DNA from: a virus
Lineage: Duplodnaviria; Caudoviricetes
Length of the DNA stretch: 29,905 nucleotides
Strand: one strand, 5' to 3'
IMG/VR virus record: IMGVR_UViG_3300042445_001947
Span: 1-29,905 of that record
Position numbers and translations under genes: made by a program. Below the pieces are notes generated by a model. It did no database searches and was not told the DNA's origin. It saw only the letters and a list, made by a program, of their open reading frames with translations. Positions 26,360 to 29,905 of this stretch are shown piece by piece; position 1 is the first letter of the stretch; each line of letters opens with the position of its first letter.

Positions 26360-27712
26360 ATGAATATTGAAAAGTCTTTATGGACCAGTGACGGGAACGT
26401 TATTAATTTATCGGTGCCTTTTACTAAGGTTAACCGTGAAAAAAGAACTGTTTCTGGATTCGCTACTCTAGACAATATCGATCAAACTGGAGATGTTGTA
26501 ACAGCGGAATCAAGCCTCAAGGCATTCGAAAATTTCCGTGGAAACATTCGTGAGATGCATGGATCAAATGCAGTAGGAAAGATGGTTTCTTTTAAGCCAG
26601 AAACTTTCTACGACCCAAAGTCAAAAGAGTTCTTCAATGGAGTATATGTTGATGCATACATTTCAAAGGGTGCTCAAGATACTTGGGAGAAGGTTCTAGA
26701 CGGAACACTATCTGGATTTTCAATCGGCGGAAAGATTCTTGAATCAGATAACGAAGTAAACAAGGCGAATGGTAAGACCGTAAGATTTATTAAGAACTAT
26801 GAACTAATTGAGCTTTCTATTGTTGATTCACCAGCAAATGAACTTTGTAACATCCTTTCTATTCAGAAAGTAAATGGACAATACATTGCTAAGGGAATTG
26901 CAGTAGGCGTAGTAACTGAAAACATATTTTACTGTGAAGACAGTGATTCTGTTTTTATCTCAACAGATAAAACATACGACTCTCCAGTATCTGGAAAGCC
27001 AGCGGAATTAATAGGATGGGTTGAAAGCTCAGACGTTAATAAAGCAAAAGAGATAGACAAGATTCTTGATGCATATAAGCATTCAAGATTTACGTTGCCT
27101 GAAACACAAACAATTGCAAAACAGGCAAACGCAGAAGGAGGTAATGAAATGTCAGATAATACAGAAAACGTAGTTGTCGAAGATGTTGCAGCAGAGGCAC
27201 CAGCCGAAGCAGTAGCAGAAGAAACAGCCGTTGAAGATACAGCAGTAGTTGCAGATGATGCAGCTCCAGCTGAAGCTCCTGCAGAAGCAGTAGCAGAAGA
27301 CGTTCCTGCCGAGACTCTGGAAAAAGCAGCCGAAGTATCAGAAGATAAGGTTGATGAACCTGATTTTGCGAAGATGTTAGGCGATCTAAAAGGCTTTTTC
27401 TCAGAAACTCTAAACAAGGCATCTGAAGCAAATGCAGCACAAGTAACAACAATCCAATCGACTGTTGAAGCTTTCAGCAAGAGCGTAGATGCTAGAATTT
27501 CAGAGTTGGCAGAACAACACACAGCACTTTCAAGCGCTGTAAATAACATCAAGAGCACGATTGATGGTGTACAAAAGCGTGTCGACGCAGTAGAATCAGA
27601 GACTGCAATTAAGAAGTCTTCAGATCTTGGCCGATTTGAAGAAGCAACAACAATCAAAAAATCTAAATGGAACGGTTCTTTCCTCGGTTCCGTAAACGAA
27701 ATATTCAACTAA
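26360..27712 (+). CDS. HK97-type prohead protease fused to a scaffold domain
   Basis: Motifs V.GFA....D..GD, IREMH (His), GFSIGG (Ser) and ELSIVD.PAN. The C-terminal region is acidic, Ala/Glu-rich and coiled-coil. Confidence 0.92.
   Translation: MNIEKSLWTSDGNVINLSVPFTKVNREKRTVSGFATLDNIDQTGDVVTAESSLKAFENFRGNIREMHGSNAVGKMVSFKPETFYDPKSKEFFNGVYVDAYISKGAQDTWEKVLDGTLSGFSIGGKILESDNEVNKANGKTVRFIKNYELIELSIVDSPANELCNILSIQKVNGQYIAKGIAVGVVTENIFYCEDSDSVFISTDKTYDSPVSGKPAELIGWVESSDVNKAKEIDKILDAYKHSRFTLPETQTIAKQANAEGGNEMSDNTENVVVEDVAAEAPAEAVAEETAVEDTAVVADDAAPAEAPAEAVAEDVPAETLEKAAEVSEDKVDEPDFAKMLGDLKGFFSETLNKASEANAAQVTTIQSTVEAFSKSVDARISELAEQHTALSSAVNNIKSTIDGVQKRVDAVESETAIKKSSDLGRFEEATTIKKSKWNGSFLGSVNEIFN
27149..27712 (+). 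CDS. Probable nested in-frame scaffolding protein (187 aa)
   Basis: AAGGAGGT at 27135-27142 lies 6 nt before in-frame ATG 27149 (Met264), exactly at the start of the acidic region. Confidence 0.7.
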   Translation: MSDNTENVVVEDVAAEAPAEAVAEETAVEDTAVVADDAAPAEAPAEAVAEDVPAETLEKAAEVSEDKVDEPDFAKMLGDLKGFFSETLNKASEANAAQVTTIQSTVEAFSKSVDARISELAEQHTALSSAVNNIKSTIDGVQKRVDAVESETAIKKSSDLGRFEEATTIKKSKWNGSFLGSVNEIFN

Positions 27713-27725
27713 GGTAGGTATAAAA

Positions 27726-28775
27726 ATGAGCAATGAAACATTAGAAAAGGCCGTAGCAGCTGGTACTCAGGTATCAACAGGATTCGGTTCAACAACTGGT
27801 GGAACAGGAGTACACGTAGGGTCTGAACTAGGCAACGGTGGACTTCTTAACCCAGAACAGTCTGCTCGCTTCCTTGATTATATGTTCGACGCAACCGTTA
27901 TCGGTAAGGTCGCACGTACAGTTCGTATGAAGTCAGACACAGCCGAGATTGACCGTATGTCCGTTGGTGAGAAGCTTATGAAGCTTGCATCAGAGGCAGA
28001 CAACACCGCAATAAACAGTGGTGTAACTTTCTCAAAAATCTCTTTAACAACAAAGAAACTCCGCATGGACTGGGAGCTTTCAACAGAGTCTCTAGAAGAT
28101 AACATCGAAGGTGCAGATCTAGAAGATCACATTGCACGTTTGATGGCGACACAAGCAGGAAATGACATCGAAGATGTTCTTCTTAACGGTGACACATCTC
28201 TAACAGGAGACGCTCTTTACAAGTCATTCGATGGCGTTGTAAAGAAGGCAAAGGCAAATGGCCGTGTCGTAGACGCAGCAGGAGCCGCAGTATCACGTGA
28301 AGTATTCAACAAGGCACTTAAGGCTATGCCACGTAAGTACAAGCAACGTCGTGGAGACCTTCGCTTCCTTGCTGGATCAAACTTGATTCAGGATTTCCTA
28401 TATGCTAACAGCATTGGAACAAACCAAACAATTCCACAAGATATCGCTTCAAGCGTAATCCGTGGTGGAGTTGCACCACTAGGTGGACCAGCAGGATATG
28501 TGGCACCATTCGCATTCGGTATTCCGATTGTTGAAGTTCCACTACTTAATGAGACACAGACTGGTACATACGCAACACCAACAGGTTCACATGGAGATAT
28601 CCACTTGACATTCCCAAATAACGTAGTTATTGGTATCAAGCGTGATGTAACCGTTTACCGTTTCTTCCAGCCACGTAAGGACACAATTGAGTACACAATG
28701 TATACTCGTGTTGGCGTTCAAATCGAGCAGGCAGACGCTTGGGTAGTTGTAAAGAACGTTAAGGTTGCTTCTTAA
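27726..28775 (+). CDS. Major capsid protein (HK97 fold)
   Basis: Motifs GGLLNPEQ..RF, L.TKKL....ELS.E.LEDNIEG, D.E...LNGD and FGIPIVEVP. Follows the protease and precedes a terminator. Confidence 0.93.
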   Translation: MSNETLEKAVAAGTQVSTGFGSTTGGTGVHVGSELGNGGLLNPEQSARFLDYMFDATVIGKVARTVRMKSDTAEIDRMSVGEKLMKLASEADNTAINSGVTFSKISLTTKKLRMDWELSTESLEDNIEGADLEDHIARLMATQAGNDIEDVLLNGDTSLTGDALYKSFDGVVKKAKANGRVVDAAGAAVSREVFNKALKAMPRKYKQRRGDLRFLAGSNLIQDFLYANSIGTNQTIPQDIASSVIRGGVAPLGGPAGYVAPFAFGIPIVEVPLLNETQTGTYATPTGSHGDIHLTFPNNVVIGIKRDVTVYRFFQPRKDTIEYTMYTRVGVQIEQADAWVVVKNVKVAS

Positions 28776-28796
28776 TTAATTTAAGATAAAACCCTC

Positions 28797-28833
28797 GAAA
28801 GGCCCCTAATTAATTTTAGGGGCTTTTCATTTT
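28797..28833 (+). terminator. Rho-independent terminator after the capsid gene
   Basis: GAAAGGCCCCTAA-TTAATT-TTAGGGGCTTTTC hairpin followed by T-rich sequence. Confidence 0.85.
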
Positions 28834-28842
28834 AATTTATCA

Positions 28843-28852
28843 ATGCTATAAT
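28843..28852 (+). promoter_or_regulatory. Extended -10 promoter
   Basis: ATGCTATAAT lies directly after the terminator, with SD AAGGAG downstream. Confidence 0.8.
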
Positions 28853-28878
28853 TGAAGAACCTAACAAAGGAGAAATAT

Positions 28879-29286
28879 ATGTCATTTGAGACATTGAAGG
28901 TCGCAGAACTCAGAAAAATTGCAGAGGACTTTGCAGTTGATACTGATGGTATTAAAAGTAAGACAGATATCGTAGCCGCCCTTGCGGAAGAGGGAGTCAC
29001 TTGGTCTGTTTATCAAAAAACTATTAAAGATATGGAAGACGCAACAGATGAATTTAACGAAGACGCAGAAGAGATTCTTCCTAGATTTAACCTAGATGCT
29101 CAGCCAGAAGATACAGTTCTAGTTAGAATGACTAGAGAAAACTTCAGATACGATATCATTGGATTTACATTTACAAAAGAGCACCCTTTTATTGCAATGA
29201 CAGAAGAAAATGCTCAAGAAATTTTTGATAAGGAGGAGGGCTTTAGATTAGCAACTCCAAAGGAAGTTCAGGAGTATTACAACTAA
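28879..29286 (+). CDS. Rho_N/HeH-like domain protein (start revised from 28852 to 28879)
   Basis: SD AAGGAG at 28867-28872. N-terminal LKVAELRKIAE.F.VD......K.DIV.AL is a helix-extended-helix pattern. Confidence 0.7.
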   Translation: MSFETLKVAELRKIAEDFAVDTDGIKSKTDIVAALAEEGVTWSVYQKTIKDMEDATDEFNEDAEEILPRFNLDAQPEDTVLVRMTRENFRYDIIGFTFTKEHPFIAMTEENAQEIFDKEEGFRLATPKEVQEYYN

Positions 29287-29300
29287 TCTAAGCTTATAAA

Positions 29301-29905
29301 ATGGCAGAGATATATGTAAACAGCAATTCACCAATCAGAACGAAGATCTACTGGGAGGGTGAATTAGCATCACCTACAGGCAACGTAACCGCAAAGGTTT
29401 ATGACATTACTCAAAACCCTGCCAACGTTATATCTTCTACCAATTTATTACTTACCTTAACTGGAACAGCTGTTGAAACAGATGTCGGCACATATCAAGT
29501 CGTGCTTCCATTTTCTTATTCAGGGTATCCCAGAAAACTAAAACTTGTCTGGGAATACACCATAGCTCCATCAAAGATAGGAACTCATACAACTTATGTA
29601 AATGTTGTAACTCCATATATTTCTATCAATGAGCAAATAGATGAATTGAACTTTGGGTCGGATCCAAGTGATCCTAACTATAAAACATACGCAGATCTTC
29701 AGATGGCTGAACGATATGCAAGAAAGATAGTTGAAGACTACACAGGACAAGAGTTCTACTTATATCCAGATACTAAGATTATCTACGGAGACGAATCAGA
29801 TACCCTTCCATTATCATCTAAGTTAAATCGGATTTATCAAATCTATTCTAATGATATCTTGTTAGTGGATAATCTATCTACTCCAAAGGTAAATAACTGG
29901 CTATA
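29301..29905 (+). CDS. Probable head-tail adaptor, 3'-truncated and absent from the ORF track
   Basis: Translated by hand: MAEIYVNSNSPIRTKIYWEG... stays open to the window end (~201 codons). AERYARKIVEDYTGQEFY resembles the adaptor A...IE.Y.G..F motif, and the position after the capsid fits. Confidence 0.7.
   Translation, partial: MAEIYVNSNSPIRTKIYWEGELASPTGNVTAKVYDITQNPANVISSTNLLLTLTGTAVETDVGTYQVVLPFSYSGYPRKLKLVWEYTIAPSKIGTHTTYVNVVTPYISINEQIDELNFGSDPSDPNYKTYADLQMAERYARKIVEDYTGQEFYLYPDTKIIYGDESDTLPLSSKLNRIYQIYSNDILLVDNLSTPKVNNWL

Noticed and set aside
26929-27708. 259-aa minus-strand ORF
   Set aside because: It is an antisense shadow of the GCA/GAA-rich scaffold region, with Ser/Ala low complexity and no RBS or recognisable motifs.
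3043-28639. Other short minus-strand and alternate-frame ORFs in the track
   Set aside because: They overlap well-supported + strand genes and have no translation signals or family motifs. Several are shadows of collagen repeats.
1-29905. Stop-codon reassignment
   Set aside because: TAG and TGA both end genes at sensible boundaries followed by SD/ATG or overlapping starts, and coding density is already near complete.
1-29905. tRNA, rRNA, structured ncRNA, intron or intein
   Set aside because: Intergenic gaps are all about 100 bp or shorter with no cloverleaf. The portal, protease and capsid ORFs are uninterrupted and of normal size.

Overview
All credible genes lie on the + strand. The window is part of the structural region of a large, AT-rich tailed dsDNA bacteriophage using the standard genetic code. 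Bases 22.5-29.9 kb are a head module: LamG-like protein, conserved hypothetical protein, portal, HK97-type prohead protease fused to a scaffold (with a probable nested scaffold start), major capsid protein, terminator, Rho_N/HeH-like protein and a truncated head-tail adaptor. No terminase or core tail genes are in the window. Bases 1-22.5 kb are a dense block of about 24 fibre, adhesin, adaptor and chaperone-like genes. Its most striking part is two related cassettes carrying three paralogous ~520-aa head proteins, duplicated 'MPDY' stalk proteins, duplicated 'DKYPGKTD' small proteins and duplicated ~105-aa adaptors. Short terminal motifs recur across these proteins and suggest a plug-and-socket, branched adsorption apparatus (inference). 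One collagen fibre carries an amicyanin-type copper-ligand motif between direct repeats. Several -10 boxes sit 6-8 nt before an ATG with no Shine-Dalgarno, implying leaderless mRNAs. That feature and the gene order suggest an actinobacterial host, possibly a low-GC freshwater lineage (inference). All family assignments come from motif recognition by eye; no searches were run.
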